From an uncultured Chloroflexia bacterium (lineage in GTDB: Bacteria > Chloroflexota > Dehalococcoidia > DSTF01 > WHTK01), in NCBI GenBank assembly GCA_963731765.1, contig CAVSWS010000041.1, forward strand, positions 77,691 to 141,690: DNA of 64,000 bases, read 5' to 3'. A program made the translations under genes and the position numbers. The notes under the pieces are model-generated. The model saw only the letters and a list, made by a program, of their open reading frames with translations, was not told the DNA's origin and ran no database searches. Below are positions 19,874 through 31,261 of the stretch, in pieces (position 1 is the stretch's first letter; every line of letters begins with the position of its first letter).

Positions 19874-20572
19874 CTAGTTCCCACCGAGCACGAAGGTCAG
19901 CACTTTGTCCTGCACCTGCGGTATCGCGAGCACGTTCTCGCCGCTCCACGTGGCGTCTCCACCGAGGGCCAGAGCGTTGGCGGTCTCCGACTTTCCGGCG
20001 CCGCCGTACGTAATGACGCCCGAGAGCCCGTCTACAGAGCTGGCAGCCTGCGTGACTGCTGCCGCGCCGTCCATGCCCGCGCCCATGAGGTAGACGAGGG
20101 GATACTCACGTGACATAACGAACCGCGCGACGAGTTCGGCGTCGGAGGCCAGGGCTTCCGTGTCCGCGTTGCCGCCGGTCTCGCCGTAGCCCCGGGGGTC
20201 GAATGTGAACACCGCAACGCCCTCGCTCGTGAACGCCTGCGTGCTCTCTGCCCAGACGGATTGCTCCACGGGCGCCACGATGATCAGGGCCTGTCGCTTG
20301 GGGCCGTTTGTGCTGTACAGATGCCCCTTCAGCACGACGCCGTCGGACGTCTCTACCGAGACCGGCTCGTTCGCCACGCTGATCTCGCCGGGGCCCGGCG
20401 TGGGTGCCGGGGTCGGCTTACCGTCGCTGCTGTCGACCGCCGGCGTGGCGGTTGCGACCGCGACCGAACCGCCCGAGGTGGGCGTGGCGGTGGCTTTGTC
20501 GCTGCTGCCGCCACCACAGGCCGTCACGAGCAGGAGGCCCGTCCCCAAAATGATCAGTGCTAATCGACGCAT
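19874..20572 (-). CDS. Lipoprotein, alpha/beta-hydrolase-fold-like
   Basis: 232 aa. Signal peptide with lipobox 'LLVTAC', Pro/Thr-rich linker, then a globular domain. Confidence 0.5.
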   Translation of the reverse strand: MRRLALIILGTGLLLVTACGGGSSDKATATPTSGGSVAVATATPAVDSSDGKPTPAPTPGPGEISVANEPVSVETSDGVVLKGHLYSTNGPKRQALIIVAPVEQSVWAESTQAFTSEGVAVFTFDPRGYGETGGNADTEALASDAELVARFVMSREYPLVYLMGAGMDGAAAVTQAASSVDGLSGVITYGGAGKSETANALALGGDATWSGENVLAIPQVQDKVLTFVLGGN

Positions 20573-21913
20573 GCGTCATAGCCTCCCTGGAACTGTGTGA
20601 AGCCAACGTCGCTTGAGTCCGATGTCCACTCCGGGCGCGCCGTTGCCGTAACGTTATCCGATACCATGACGGGTGGCTGGCTGCCGTCCGCCTTGACGAT
20701 GTATCCGCCGGTTAGCTGAGCCGTGTAAGCCACCCACGCATTGTCCGGCGAAAAGGCGACTTGAAACACGTGTCCGACGTCCTGTGCCAGCACCGAGTCG
20801 CTGTCGCCGGCGACGTCATGCACGACGAGCCTCTCATTGTCCGTGCAGGTGCCAAGCGTTCCCAGCAGCTTCGAGCCATCGGCATTCCAAACGCCGGACG
20901 ACACGTCCAGCTGCGAGCCCAGCGAGGCATCTCGCCACGTACCGATCTTGTCGAACGGGGCGAGGGCGTAAATCTGAATGGCCTGTGTGGGAGGGCCTTC
21001 CTGTACGGCCAGCCGGCGGCCATCCGGGCTCACGGCCACCTGGTCCGACTCGATACGCCTCTCCAGCTCGATCCGTGGCACCGCACCCGATACGTCGAAG
21101 ACCTGCAGCAGGTTGGCATGCTGCGAAACGAGCAGGACGCGGTCGTTGTCCAGCCACACCGGCGAATGTTGGGCGATCTCGTTCGGCGATTGGCCCAACG
21201 GCAGCCGGACCGCAGCGGCGGGATTGTCGAAGGGCATGACGATGAACGGACCTACGCCGTCCTGCTCCGGCGCCAGCAGCAGCAACTTCGAGCCGTCTGG
21301 GGAGAACAGCAACGGCCGCGCGTTCGTGGTTATCTCCTGCTGCGTCCGCTTGCCGGCGAGGTCAATGAGATAGGTGCGTCCGTCGACAGTCACCGCGGCG
21401 CGCGTCCCATCGGGGCTCGAGACGTCCTGCTGCACCGTGGCGCCCAGGTCCACGCGCATCCAGCGGCCCATGTCCTCGTTCGAACAACCGAAGGAGGCCG
21501 TCCGTAGAGACCGTCAGTGGGGGTGTCATCTCCAGCCATGTATCGAAGAAGCGTTCCGATTCCGGCAGGATCTGCGCCCCGACCGCGACGTCGTAGATGA
21601 CGAGCCGAGGCACCAGCGGCGTGCGTAGATCGTCCGGCACCAGTGCGAGTGGCTCTTCCGGGCCGGCCAGCTCTACGAGAGGTTCCGGCGTGGCGGTGGG
21701 TGCGGGTAAGGGCGTAGCCGTCGCTGTCGGCGGCGTGCTCGTGGGCTGGTCGTCGCGGCCGCTACAGCCCAGGGCGATCGCGGCTGTCAGCGATACGAAG
21801 AGCCCCAACGCAAGCCGAGCCGCATGTCGTAGCAGCCTTAGCGTCATGGCCCACACCGGTCGTAACCTCCGACCGTCCTCGTGAAGACCGCGTAGCGCGA
21901 ATCCCCCGTCCAT
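20560..21913 (-). pseudogene. Frameshifted lipoprotein beta-propeller (TolB-like) paralog
   Basis: Track ORFs 21362..21913 and 20560..21471 lie in different frames. They align consecutively to the intact neighbour 21844..23145: frame A '...LLRLFERGHG' matches 'LALFDRASG', then frame B 'RWMRVDLGATVQQDVSSPDGTRAAVTVDGRTYLIDL' matches 'TWRVPGLAGQLNLIASQDGKHAAVTVSGRLFLFDL'. This places a 1-nt indel near 21470-21480 in a G/C run. Lipoprotein signal 'MTLRLL...AIALGCSG'. Confidence 0.55.
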
Positions 21914-23145
21914 CGCGGTGCCAGTGTCCCCTGTGTATCAGCGCTGACAAAGGTTGGGTCTGATGAACCGTCGGCAGGGACTACGTAGGCCGCGTCTGGC
22001 CACGCGGTGTAAGCGACCCAGTCGTCGTCTGGTGAAAAGACCCACCGCATGATGCCGCCACGTGCGAGCTCCTTCTCGGTCCCAGTCGCGAGCTCATAGG
22101 AAACCAGGCGTTCGTTCTCACCGCACACGTCGTAGGTGACGAGGAGCGCGCTGTCGTCGCTTGACCAGACGCCGCCGGGCACGTCCGCCGACAGCCCCAG
22201 GCTAGCCCCGTCGATCGTCGTGACAGGCTCGAAAGGATCGATGCGATAGACCTCGACCGAGGGGCTCTTCTGCTCATCGCCCGACTCCACAGCCAGCATG
22301 GAACCATCCCTGCTTATGGCTGCGAGCGATGAGCTAACCGGCGCCTCGGTGAGTGCCGACGGTGGTGAAGTGGATACGTCGAATATCTGTACCTGGATAG
22401 CGCCGGGAGCCGAATCGAACACCAGTACACGATGGTCGTCCAGCCAGTGAGGCCAGTACTGACCGGTGGAGCCGGGCAGAGTGCCCGGAGGGAGTTCGAA
22501 GGCTTGCGATGCGCCGGCAACGGGCAGGATCCAGTAGCTGGACATGCTCCCGGGGGGCGAAGCAGCAGTAATCAACTCCTGTAGCAGGAGGAGTGAACCG
22601 TTGGGAGAAAAGGCCACCGGAAGCAGCCCGTCCCCGATCTGTTGGCGCGTATTCGATACGAGATCGAAGAGGAACAACCTGCCGGAAACGGTAACCGCGG
22701 CATGCTTGCCGTCCTGGCTCGCGATCAGGTTGAGCTGGCCGGCCAAGCCAGGTACTCGCCACGTACCACTCGCTCTGTCGAACAGCGCCAGGCTGTGTCC
22801 GTCCCCGACGCCCCACGGCAGAGGGTTAACGTCCAGCCATGCGTCCTGGAAGGTCGTGCTGTCTTCCGGCACCAGCGCTCCAACCGACACGTCATAGATC
22901 CGCGGCTTCTCTGTTGTTACCGGTTCGGTCCCGGTGTAGGGCAGGAGCGCTAGTCTCTCTGGTGGGGCCGGAGTGATGGCTGACGTCTGTGGTGTAGACG
23001 TTGCCTCCGTTACTGCCGTGGCTGTCGGTGTAGCCGACGGCTGTACGGGAGTGACAGATGCCGCACTGTCGTCGCCACCACCGCCGCTACAAGCGAGGGC
23101 GATCGCGGCGCAGACGACTGCGAGGGCGGGGAGTACGCGGGGCAT
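21844..23145 (-). CDS. Lipoprotein with beta-propeller (TolB/WD40-like) repeats
   Basis: 433 aa. Lipobox 'AIALACSG'. Repeated 'FSPDG/SPDD...W' blades. Paralog of the adjacent frameshifted gene. Confidence 0.6.
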   Translation of the reverse strand: MPRVLPALAVVCAAIALACSGGGGDDSAASVTPVQPSATPTATAVTEATSTPQTSAITPAPPERLALLPYTGTEPVTTEKPRIYDVSVGALVPEDSTTFQDAWLDVNPLPWGVGDGHSLALFDRASGTWRVPGLAGQLNLIASQDGKHAAVTVSGRLFLFDLVSNTRQQIGDGLLPVAFSPNGSLLLLQELITAASPPGSMSSYWILPVAGASQAFELPPGTLPGSTGQYWPHWLDDHRVLVFDSAPGAIQVQIFDVSTSPPSALTEAPVSSSLAAISRDGSMLAVESGDEQKSPSVEVYRIDPFEPVTTIDGASLGLSADVPGGVWSSDDSALLVTYDVCGENERLVSYELATGTEKELARGGIMRWVFSPDDDWVAYTAWPDAAYVVPADGSSDPTFVSADTQGTLAPRWTGDSRYAVFTRTVGGYDRCGP

Positions 23146-23198
23146 GGCGGGGTAGACGTCTGGCTGCCGCGGGGTTCAGTCCGCGGTGTACTGAAGCC

Positions 23199-25718
23199 TC
23201 ATCCTTTCACGACGATGTTCACCAACCGGCGCGGCACGAACAGCACCCGCGCGATCTCCTTGCCGGCGACCTGCTTCTCCACGTTGGCGCTCGACATCGC
23301 CAGCTCTTTCGCGGCGTCCTCGGTGATGTCGACGGGCACGTCGAACTTGTCGCGCACTTTGCCGTTGACCTGGATGACCAGCGTGAACGTCTCGGCCTTC
23401 GCCAGCTCCGGGTTTGCTTCCGGCCAGGACTGCTGGTGCACGCTGTACGCGTGACCGGTGCGCTCCCACAGCTCCTCGGCGATGTGCGGCGCGGCCGGCG
23501 CCATCATCAGCAGCAGCGATTCGACCGCCTGGTCCCAGGCCGTGCGACCGACGTTGTCTGCCTCGCGCACCTTGCCCAGGTAGGTCGTGAACTCCATCAG
23601 GCGCGCCAGCATGGTGTTGAACCGGAAGTTGTCGAGGTCCTCCGTGACGATGCTGATCGTGCGATGGCGCTGTCGCTCCAGCTCGCGCACGGCGGCTTCG
23701 TCGACGTTGCTGCCGGAGGGCGGCTCCTGCGCGACGCTCCATACGCGGTTCAGCCATCGCGACAGGCCCTCGATGCCTTCCGGCCGGTAGGGACCGCCGT
23801 CCGACCACGGGCCGATGAACATCAGGTAGCAGCGGAAGGTGTCGGCGCCGTATGAATAGACATAATCGTCGGGGTTGACGACGTTGCCGCGTGACTTCGA
23901 CATCTTCTCGCCGTCGGGGCCCAGGATGATGCCCTGGTTGTACAGGCTCACTGCCGGCTCGTCGAAGTTCAGCAGGCCCAGGTCCCGCATCGCCTTCGTG
24001 AAGAAGCGGAAGTACATCAGGTGCATCGTCGCGTGCTCGATGCCGCCGGTGTACTGCGTGACGGGCAGCCATTGCTTGACCGCCTCATTCGTGAAGTCGA
24101 AGGGCGCCTCGTCGAAGTGCGGGCTCAGGTAGCGATACTGGTACCAGGACGAGTCCACGAAGGTGTCCATGGTGTCGGTCTCGCGCACGGCGTCGCCGCC
24201 GCAGACCGGGCAGGTCGTCTTCCAGAACCGCTCGTCGCGCTTCAGGGGCGATTCGCCGGTCGGCACGAACTCGGAGTCCTCCGGCAGCAGGACGGGCAGG
24301 TCCTCTTCCGGCACCGGCACAGCGCCGTCGGTCGGGCAGTAGATGATCGGGATCGGCGTGCCCCAGTAGCGTTGACGGCTCACCAGCCAGTCGCGCAGGC
24401 GGTACGTAATCGTCGACTCCGCGAAGCCGCGCTCGGCACCATAGGCCACGACGCTCTTCTTGCCCTCTTCGTTCGCGGTGCCGTCGAAGGGGCCGGAGTT
24501 CACCATCGTTCCGGGCTCGACATAAGCCTCCGTCAGCGCTGTTTGGTCTGGGCTGCTATCCGGCGGTGCGATCACCACCTTGATGTCGATGCCGTACTTC
24601 GTCGCGAACTCGAAGTCACGCTGGTCGTGCGCCGGGACGCCCATGACGGCGCCGGTTCCGTAGCCCGCCAGCACGTAGTCGCCGACGTAAATCGGCACCT
24701 GCTCGCCGTTGTACGGGTTGGTGCAGTAGGCGCCCGTGAACACGCCGGTCTTCGCCTTGTCCGCCGCGGTGCGCTCGATCTCAGTCTGGCGCTTCGCCGC
24801 CTCGACGTACGCATCGACGTCGGCCTTGCGCTCGGGCGTCGTCAGCGACTCGACCAGCGGGTGCTCCGGCGCCAGGACCATGAACGTGACGCCGTAGATC
24901 GTGTCGGGCCGCGTCGTGAACACCGTAATGCTGGAGTCGACCCCTCCCCCCGGCCCCCTCCCCGTTGACGGGGAGGGGGAGACGGAGAAGGTGATGTTGG
25001 CGCCCTCGGAGCGGCCGATCCAGTTCGTCTGCATGGTCTTGACGCGCTCGGGCCAGTCCAGCCCGTCGAACTTCAGCAGCTCTTCGGCGTAGTCGGTGAT
25101 CTTGAAGTACCACTGCTCCAGGTTGCGCTTCTCGACGGGTGTGCCGCAGCGCTCACACACGCGCTCATCGCCGTGCACCTGCTCCCGGGCCAGCGTGGTG
25201 TTGCAGTGCGGGCACCAGTCGACGGCGCCCATCTTGCGATAGGCCAGCCCGCGATTGAAGAACTGCAGGAAGAACCACTGGTTCCACTTGTAGTACTCCG
25301 GCAGGCACGTGATCACCTCGCGCGACCAGTCGAACATCGTGCCCATGCGTTTGGCCTGCTGGCGCATGCGGTCGATGTTGGCCATCGTCCACTTGTACGG
25401 GTGGATGTTGTTGCGGATCGCGGCGTTCTCCGCCGGCAACCCGAAGGCATCGAAGCCGTAGGGGAACAGGACGTTGTGCCCCTTCATGCGCATGTAGCGC
25501 GCCTTCGTGTCGGGCGGCGTTTCCGCGTACCAGTGACCGATGTGGAGGTCGCCGGACGGGTAGGGGTACATGGTGAGGAAGAAGTACTTCGGCCGCGGGT
25601 CGTCGTTGCGGGCCTCGTACAGCCCGTCCCGCTCCCAGCGAGCCTGCCACTTCTCCTCGATCGCCGGTGGGTCGTACCGGTCGATGCGTCCTTCGGTCGT
25701 GTTCTGCGTCTGCGTCAT
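23199..25718 (-). CDS. leuS: Leucine--tRNA ligase
   Basis: Start taken at 'MTQTQNT', aa 11 of the track ORF. 'HIGH'-type 'PYPSGDLHIGHW' and 'KMSKS' motifs. Full-length LeuS including the editing domain. Confidence 0.95.
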   Translation of the reverse strand: MTQTQNTTEGRIDRYDPPAIEEKWQARWERDGLYEARNDDPRPKYFFLTMYPYPSGDLHIGHWYAETPPDTKARYMRMKGHNVLFPYGFDAFGLPAENAAIRNNIHPYKWTMANIDRMRQQAKRMGTMFDWSREVITCLPEYYKWNQWFFLQFFNRGLAYRKMGAVDWCPHCNTTLAREQVHGDERVCERCGTPVEKRNLEQWYFKITDYAEELLKFDGLDWPERVKTMQTNWIGRSEGANITFSVSPSPSTGRGPGGGVDSSITVFTTRPDTIYGVTFMVLAPEHPLVESLTTPERKADVDAYVEAAKRQTEIERTAADKAKTGVFTGAYCTNPYNGEQVPIYVGDYVLAGYGTGAVMGVPAHDQRDFEFATKYGIDIKVVIAPPDSSPDQTALTEAYVEPGTMVNSGPFDGTANEEGKKSVVAYGAERGFAESTITYRLRDWLVSRQRYWGTPIPIIYCPTDGAVPVPEEDLPVLLPEDSEFVPTGESPLKRDERFWKTTCPVCGGDAVRETDTMDTFVDSSWYQYRYLSPHFDEAPFDFTNEAVKQWLPVTQYTGGIEHATMHLMYFRFFTKAMRDLGLLNFDEPAVSLYNQGIILGPDGEKMSKSRGNVVNPDDYVYSYGADTFRCYLMFIGPWSDGGPYRPEGIEGLSRWLNRVWSVAQEPPSGSNVDEAAVRELERQRHRTISIVTEDLDNFRFNTMLARLMEFTTYLGKVREADNVGRTAWDQAVESLLLMMAPAAPHIAEELWERTGHAYSVHQQSWPEANPELAKAETFTLVIQVNGKVRDKFDVPVDITEDAAKELAMSSANVEKQVAGKEIARVLFVPRRLVNIVVKG
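24954..24979. repeat. GC-rich perfect hairpin (CCCCCTCCCC-gttgac-GGGGAGGGGG) embedded in-frame in leuS
   Basis: 10-bp inverted repeat with 6-nt loop read directly from the sequence, with an extra CCCCTCCCC copy just upstream. Encodes part of a lineage-specific 'SPSPSTGRGPGGGVDSS' insert. Confidence 0.6.
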
Positions 25719-25833
25719 GTTGAATCTGATTCTACCAATAAGCCCCAAACCGGGCGACAGAGATCATCTTCGCACGGCCTGTACCGGGCGCGGGCCTTGC
25801 TGCTGACGGATGACTGGGGTGCCGCGAAATAAT

Positions 25834-26127
25834 TCAGGGCTGCAGCGTGATGCTGTCCTCGAAGAAGGCGGTGCCACCCTTCGAGAGCGACAGCTTGAGC
25901 TCGCCATATTCCTCAAACACGAAGGAAAACGCCACTCGACCGACGGCGATCATGGCCGACGAGGTCAGGATGCCCCGGACACCGTCCTTGCGGGGGTAAT
26001 CAAGTCGTGCCTCGACGCGAGCGCGCGTATCCTCGTTCTCGGACTCGAACACCACCTGGAAGTCGATCGTATGGCCGACCATGCCGGGTCCGAACCGCCA
26101 GACCGCGGACTGGCTCCGGGGGTCCAT
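25834..26127 (-). CDS. Hypothetical protein
   Basis: 97 aa ORF in a coding-plausible context. No recognisable motif. Confidence 0.3.
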   Translation of the reverse strand: MDPRSQSAVWRFGPGMVGHTIDFQVVFESENEDTRARVEARLDYPRKDGVRGILTSSAMIAVGRVAFSFVFEEYGELKLSLSKGGTAFFEDSITLQP

Positions 26128-26243
26128 GACATGCCCGCGCGCCTCGATGCCGGTGACTTCTAACGTGACGTTGTCCTTTCTGGTGGCGGCCCGGAGATGA
26201 CTCTAGCCGAGGGGTGATGCATTCCCGGCAATCTCGGGACAGC

Positions 26244-26804
26244 TTAGCGTCCGCCGTTCTCGACCTTCAGCGCTTCCTGGAAAAAGCGGGCAAAGATTGC
26301 GCCGAGACCCGTCACCCAGTGGGGTGCATCTTCGGTCGGTACGAGCGGCGCAACCGTTATCTGCTCCAACGCTTGCTCCGGCGGAACTAGACGCCGGTGT
26401 GACATCTCGAAATGCGGTTCCCATGGCAACAGCGAAACCCGTGCCCACCACAATGATCTCACGATCACGAGGTCCTTCTCGAGGCCTCGAATGCAGGCGC
26501 CTCTGCTAAATCCAACAAGTACCGCATCCTCGACCCGCGCGCAGGCTTCTTCCATTACTTCGCGCTCCAGGGTTTGGCGAAGCGATTCGCCTTCCTCTGG
26601 GCGGCCAGCCGGCGGCTCCCATGCGGCACCTCCGGCGCTGACCAGCACTATCTGCCCGTCCGGCGTGAAGCAGAATCCCGCGGCGCCGTGATTCTTACCG
26701 TCAGGTGGCGGCGAGCTCGCGGCGTGCCACGATACCAGCCAGTCCTGGCCAGCATTGTGGAAAGGGTACTCGATGCCGTCTCCGGCAACCCCCAAATCGG
26801 CCAT
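26244..26804 (-). CDS. NUDIX hydrolase
   Basis: 186 aa. Nudix box 'GGAAWEPPAGRPEEGESLRQTLEREVMEEAC' (GX5EX7REUXEEXGU). Confidence 0.75.
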   Translation of the reverse strand: MADLGVAGDGIEYPFHNAGQDWLVSWHAASSPPPDGKNHGAAGFCFTPDGQIVLVSAGGAAWEPPAGRPEEGESLRQTLEREVMEEACARVEDAVLVGFSRGACIRGLEKDLVIVRSLWWARVSLLPWEPHFEMSHRRLVPPEQALEQITVAPLVPTEDAPHWVTGLGAIFARFFQEALKVENGGR

Positions 26805-26946
26805 CGCAATTGAAGTCCTTCAACCCAGTTGAGACCCTGATGTCGCTAACGATTGGGCTTTCATGCAGAGTAGCGCATCTTCGGTACCCACGCGCTTGGC
26901 CGCAAGATCAGTACAGAGTTGTGGGGCTGGAGCCTAAGATTTCGGA

Positions 26947-27771
26947 ATGGCTCGCGAAGCAAATGGTCGGTGGCAGTCCGGTGATGTGGTCGTGTTCCGA
27001 CACATCGAAACACCGACGACTATCCGGATGCTCCACGCGATCAACGGCGACCCCGTGGCGCCCGGCGGTGGGCGTGGTGAACCGTTTCTGGTCAATGGTG
27101 ACGTGGTCACTGTGGGCGCCCGGCCGTATGTCGTGATTGCCGACACCGAGGAGTTGCTGGCTCTCTATCAACCGGAGGGCACGGTTCTTCGGCGCTGGCA
27201 CATTGCTGAGCGACGCTACCTGAACGAGGTGACCGTCACCAAAGGCGAGACGTTGCGCCTTCTAAAGCCGGGCCAGCATTACGACGTCACGCTTTTCTTC
27301 GAAACCGAGGGTGAGCTCCCCTGGTTCTACGATGCCTTGTTTGCTCCGGGCCGTCTTCAGGCGCCGGGCTGGCGGGCACGGCACCGTGACTCTGACGATC
27401 CCTCCATTGTTCGGCCGGTGCAACCGACAGGTCATCGGTTCAGAGGCTGGTACGTGAACATGCAGATGCCGTTCCTGCGGACTCCCCTGGGGATCGATGT
27501 TGTCGACCAGACGCTCGATATCGTCGTCCGTTCCGACGGCTCCTGGTATTGGAAGGATGAGGATGAGCTCGCTCTCGCGGTAGACAAAGGTGCCTGCACG
27601 GAAGCCTACGCCGCCGCGGTCCGACGGACCGGCGAGGAGGTCGTTGAGCTCATCGAAGCGCGGCAAGTACCCTTCGATGACACGTGGACGGGCTGGCACG
27701 CCGATGGCTACGCGCCAATCACCGAAGTTCCAGAAGGCTGGCAGTTCTTGACGGCCATGCTTCCCGACTGA
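26947..27771 (+). CDS. DUF402-domain protein (FomD-like nucleoside phosphatase family)
   Basis: 274 aa. 'LDIVVRSDGSWYWKDEDEL' matches the DUF402 core. Confidence 0.6.
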   Translation: MAREANGRWQSGDVVVFRHIETPTTIRMLHAINGDPVAPGGGRGEPFLVNGDVVTVGARPYVVIADTEELLALYQPEGTVLRRWHIAERRYLNEVTVTKGETLRLLKPGQHYDVTLFFETEGELPWFYDALFAPGRLQAPGWRARHRDSDDPSIVRPVQPTGHRFRGWYVNMQMPFLRTPLGIDVVDQTLDIVVRSDGSWYWKDEDELALAVDKGACTEAYAAAVRRTGEEVVELIEARQVPFDDTWTGWHADGYAPITEVPEGWQFLTAMLPD

Positions 27772-27812
27772 CTTTTTCGAAGCTCGCAGCTATAGGCTCG
27801 AACGCTCGCCTG

Positions 27813-29297
<1,485 letters not shown>

Positions 29298-29406
29298 TTA
29301 AATCTGAGTGACTAGAAACGAATACTACACGCCACGCGCGTTAGAGTCAGACGCCGGCGAAGCCCCAGGCTACGAGCTTTGAAGCCACCAGCCTGAGTGA
29401 CCGCCA

Positions 29407-29432
29407 AGAGTACCCGACGCGTCGGGTACTCT
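29407..29432. terminator. Perfect 26-bp palindrome (AGAGTACCCGACG|CGTCGGGTACTCT) between the M23 peptidase 3' end and ilvC 5' end
   Basis: Read directly from the sequence. Could act as a hairpin terminator for the peptidase transcript or as a regulator-binding palindrome upstream of ilvC. Confidence 0.4.
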
Positions 29433-29460
29433 GCGTCAAATCCTCGAAGCCTGAAGCTTC

Positions 29461-30924
29461 TTACGGCAGATACTTCAGCGGGTCGACCACGTTACCGTCG
29501 ACGTGGATCTCGAAGTGCAGGTGGTTGCCCGTGGCGTTGCCGGTGCGGCCGCCGTAGCCCAGCAGCTGGCCCTGGGACACATGCTGGCCTTCCGACACAA
29601 CGATCTGGGAGAAGTGCGCGTACAGCGTCTGTACCCCGTTGCCGTGGTCGACGATGACGTAGTAGCCGTAGGAGCAGCACGGGTCGCCGCCGGCGAATGT
29701 GACCGTGCCTGCCTTCGCCGCCCCGATCGCTGCATTCGGGTCGTTGTACAGGTCGATGTCGATGCCCAGCGGGTGTGACGGCCCGAAGTAGCTGGAGATC
29801 GGGCCCTGCACCGGCCAGATAAACCCGCTCTTGCTGGTGGAGGACGGGGGCCTGGGCGTGGCCTGTGGCGCGGAGGTGCCTGTCGGTACCGGTGTCGCCG
29901 TTGGCTCGGGCGTGTCCGTCGCCTCAGGTGTGGCTGTAGGTTCAGGTGTCGGGGTCTCCAGCGGGCCCAGCGGCGCAAAGGTCGCCGTAGGTTCGGCCGT
30001 CGGTTCTTCCGTGGGAGTGTCGGTCGGAGCCGCTGTTGGTTCCTCGGTGGGCGCTTCAGTCGCCGTCTCGGTCGGTACAGCGGTGTCCGTGGGTTCGGCC
30101 GTCGGCTCGTCCTCCGGCAGCTCGACGTCCTCGTTGACCGGGAGCTGCGTCGGGTTGGGGACAAAAATCTCCTGGCCGATGAGTACCACGCCGTCGGCGC
30201 CGATATCGTTGTAAGGCGAGTTCAGCAGGTCGTCCAGGCTGACGCCGTAGTCTGCGGCGATGGCGCTGGCGTTCTCCGCATAGAAGACGGTGTGGATAAT
30301 GCCGGTTTCGTACGGCACGCGGATGTTTTGCCCGGCCACGACGAGGTCGGTGCTCACGACGTCCGGCTTGTTGCTCTGGGCGAGCATCTCAGCGGCGGGC
30401 AGACTGTCGTTGCCGGTGAAACCCAGCTTCTGGGCGATGCCGCTGAGCGTGTCGCTTTCCTGCACGGTGTAGACGCAGTAGGCGGCGCTCCCCGTTTTGG
30501 CGCACGCGGTCTCGTCTGCGGCGGCGAGTGGGCTCAGCGCCGCGTTCTGGTCTTGCTTCTCAGCCGTCGGTGAAGGTGCCGGCGTCTCCGTCGGCGACAG
30601 GGCGCCGAGCTCAGGCACGTTCTGCGGCACGCCCAGGCTGACGATGCGCTGCTTCGCCTCGTCGGCCTGCTCCGAGGTCTTCGAGGACTCCAGCGAGAGC
30701 ACGGCCAGGAGAATGTTGTCCTGCGGCGCGAGCTGCGTCGTCTGCTTGTCGAGTTGGGTATCGGTGACCTGGCGCTCAGTGTCGGTCTGCGTGTAGCGCG
30801 CCAGGATCGTGTCGTTCTGGGGCTGCTGCACCGCGGCCCGGTCGCTCGATGCCTTGCCGGGCAGGACGGATGACAGCATCGTGCTGCCGACGACTGCCAC
30901 GGCGATCAGCGTAACAACGGCCAT
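29461..30924 (-). CDS. LysM-domain M23-family peptidoglycan metalloendopeptidase
   Basis: 487 aa. N-terminal TM, two LysM-like segments, Pro/Thr/Glu-rich linker, and C-terminal M23 domain 'HLGIDIDL...YGYYVIVDHGNGVQTLYAH...GNATGNHLHFEIHV'. Confidence 0.8.
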   Translation of the reverse strand: MAVVTLIAVAVVGSTMLSSVLPGKASSDRAAVQQPQNDTILARYTQTDTERQVTDTQLDKQTTQLAPQDNILLAVLSLESSKTSEQADEAKQRIVSLGVPQNVPELGALSPTETPAPSPTAEKQDQNAALSPLAAADETACAKTGSAAYCVYTVQESDTLSGIAQKLGFTGNDSLPAAEMLAQSNKPDVVSTDLVVAGQNIRVPYETGIIHTVFYAENASAIAADYGVSLDDLLNSPYNDIGADGVVLIGQEIFVPNPTQLPVNEDVELPEDEPTAEPTDTAVPTETATEAPTEEPTAAPTDTPTEEPTAEPTATFAPLGPLETPTPEPTATPEATDTPEPTATPVPTGTSAPQATPRPPSSTSKSGFIWPVQGPISSYFGPSHPLGIDIDLYNDPNAAIGAAKAGTVTFAGGDPCCSYGYYVIVDHGNGVQTLYAHFSQIVVSEGQHVSQGQLLGYGGRTGNATGNHLHFEIHVDGNVVDPLKYLP

Positions 30925-31261
30925 ATGGAGGAAGAAGCGGGCGCTACCGGGTGCGCGATAAGGCGCACGACGCAGCGGGTTGCCTCTCGGTTTGTGGGCA
31001 GGGTGAGGAGAACGTTGGTAGGGCCGGATCGGGGAAACCTCCGGGGCTACTGACTCTCAACGACCCGCCAAAACCGTCAAGGCCTCGCCAATAATAGCGT
31101 CTCGCCGGCGGTTATGGTAATCGACCGCCTTGCAAGACCATCTACGTTATTGACGGCAGCCGGCGCCCAGGCCGGTAGCTCTGGCGATACATCTATTGAA
31201 GATTTCGGCCTTCTTGATGCAACTGCGAGACGTGTGCCTCGCGTCGCTTCGAGTGCCCGCG

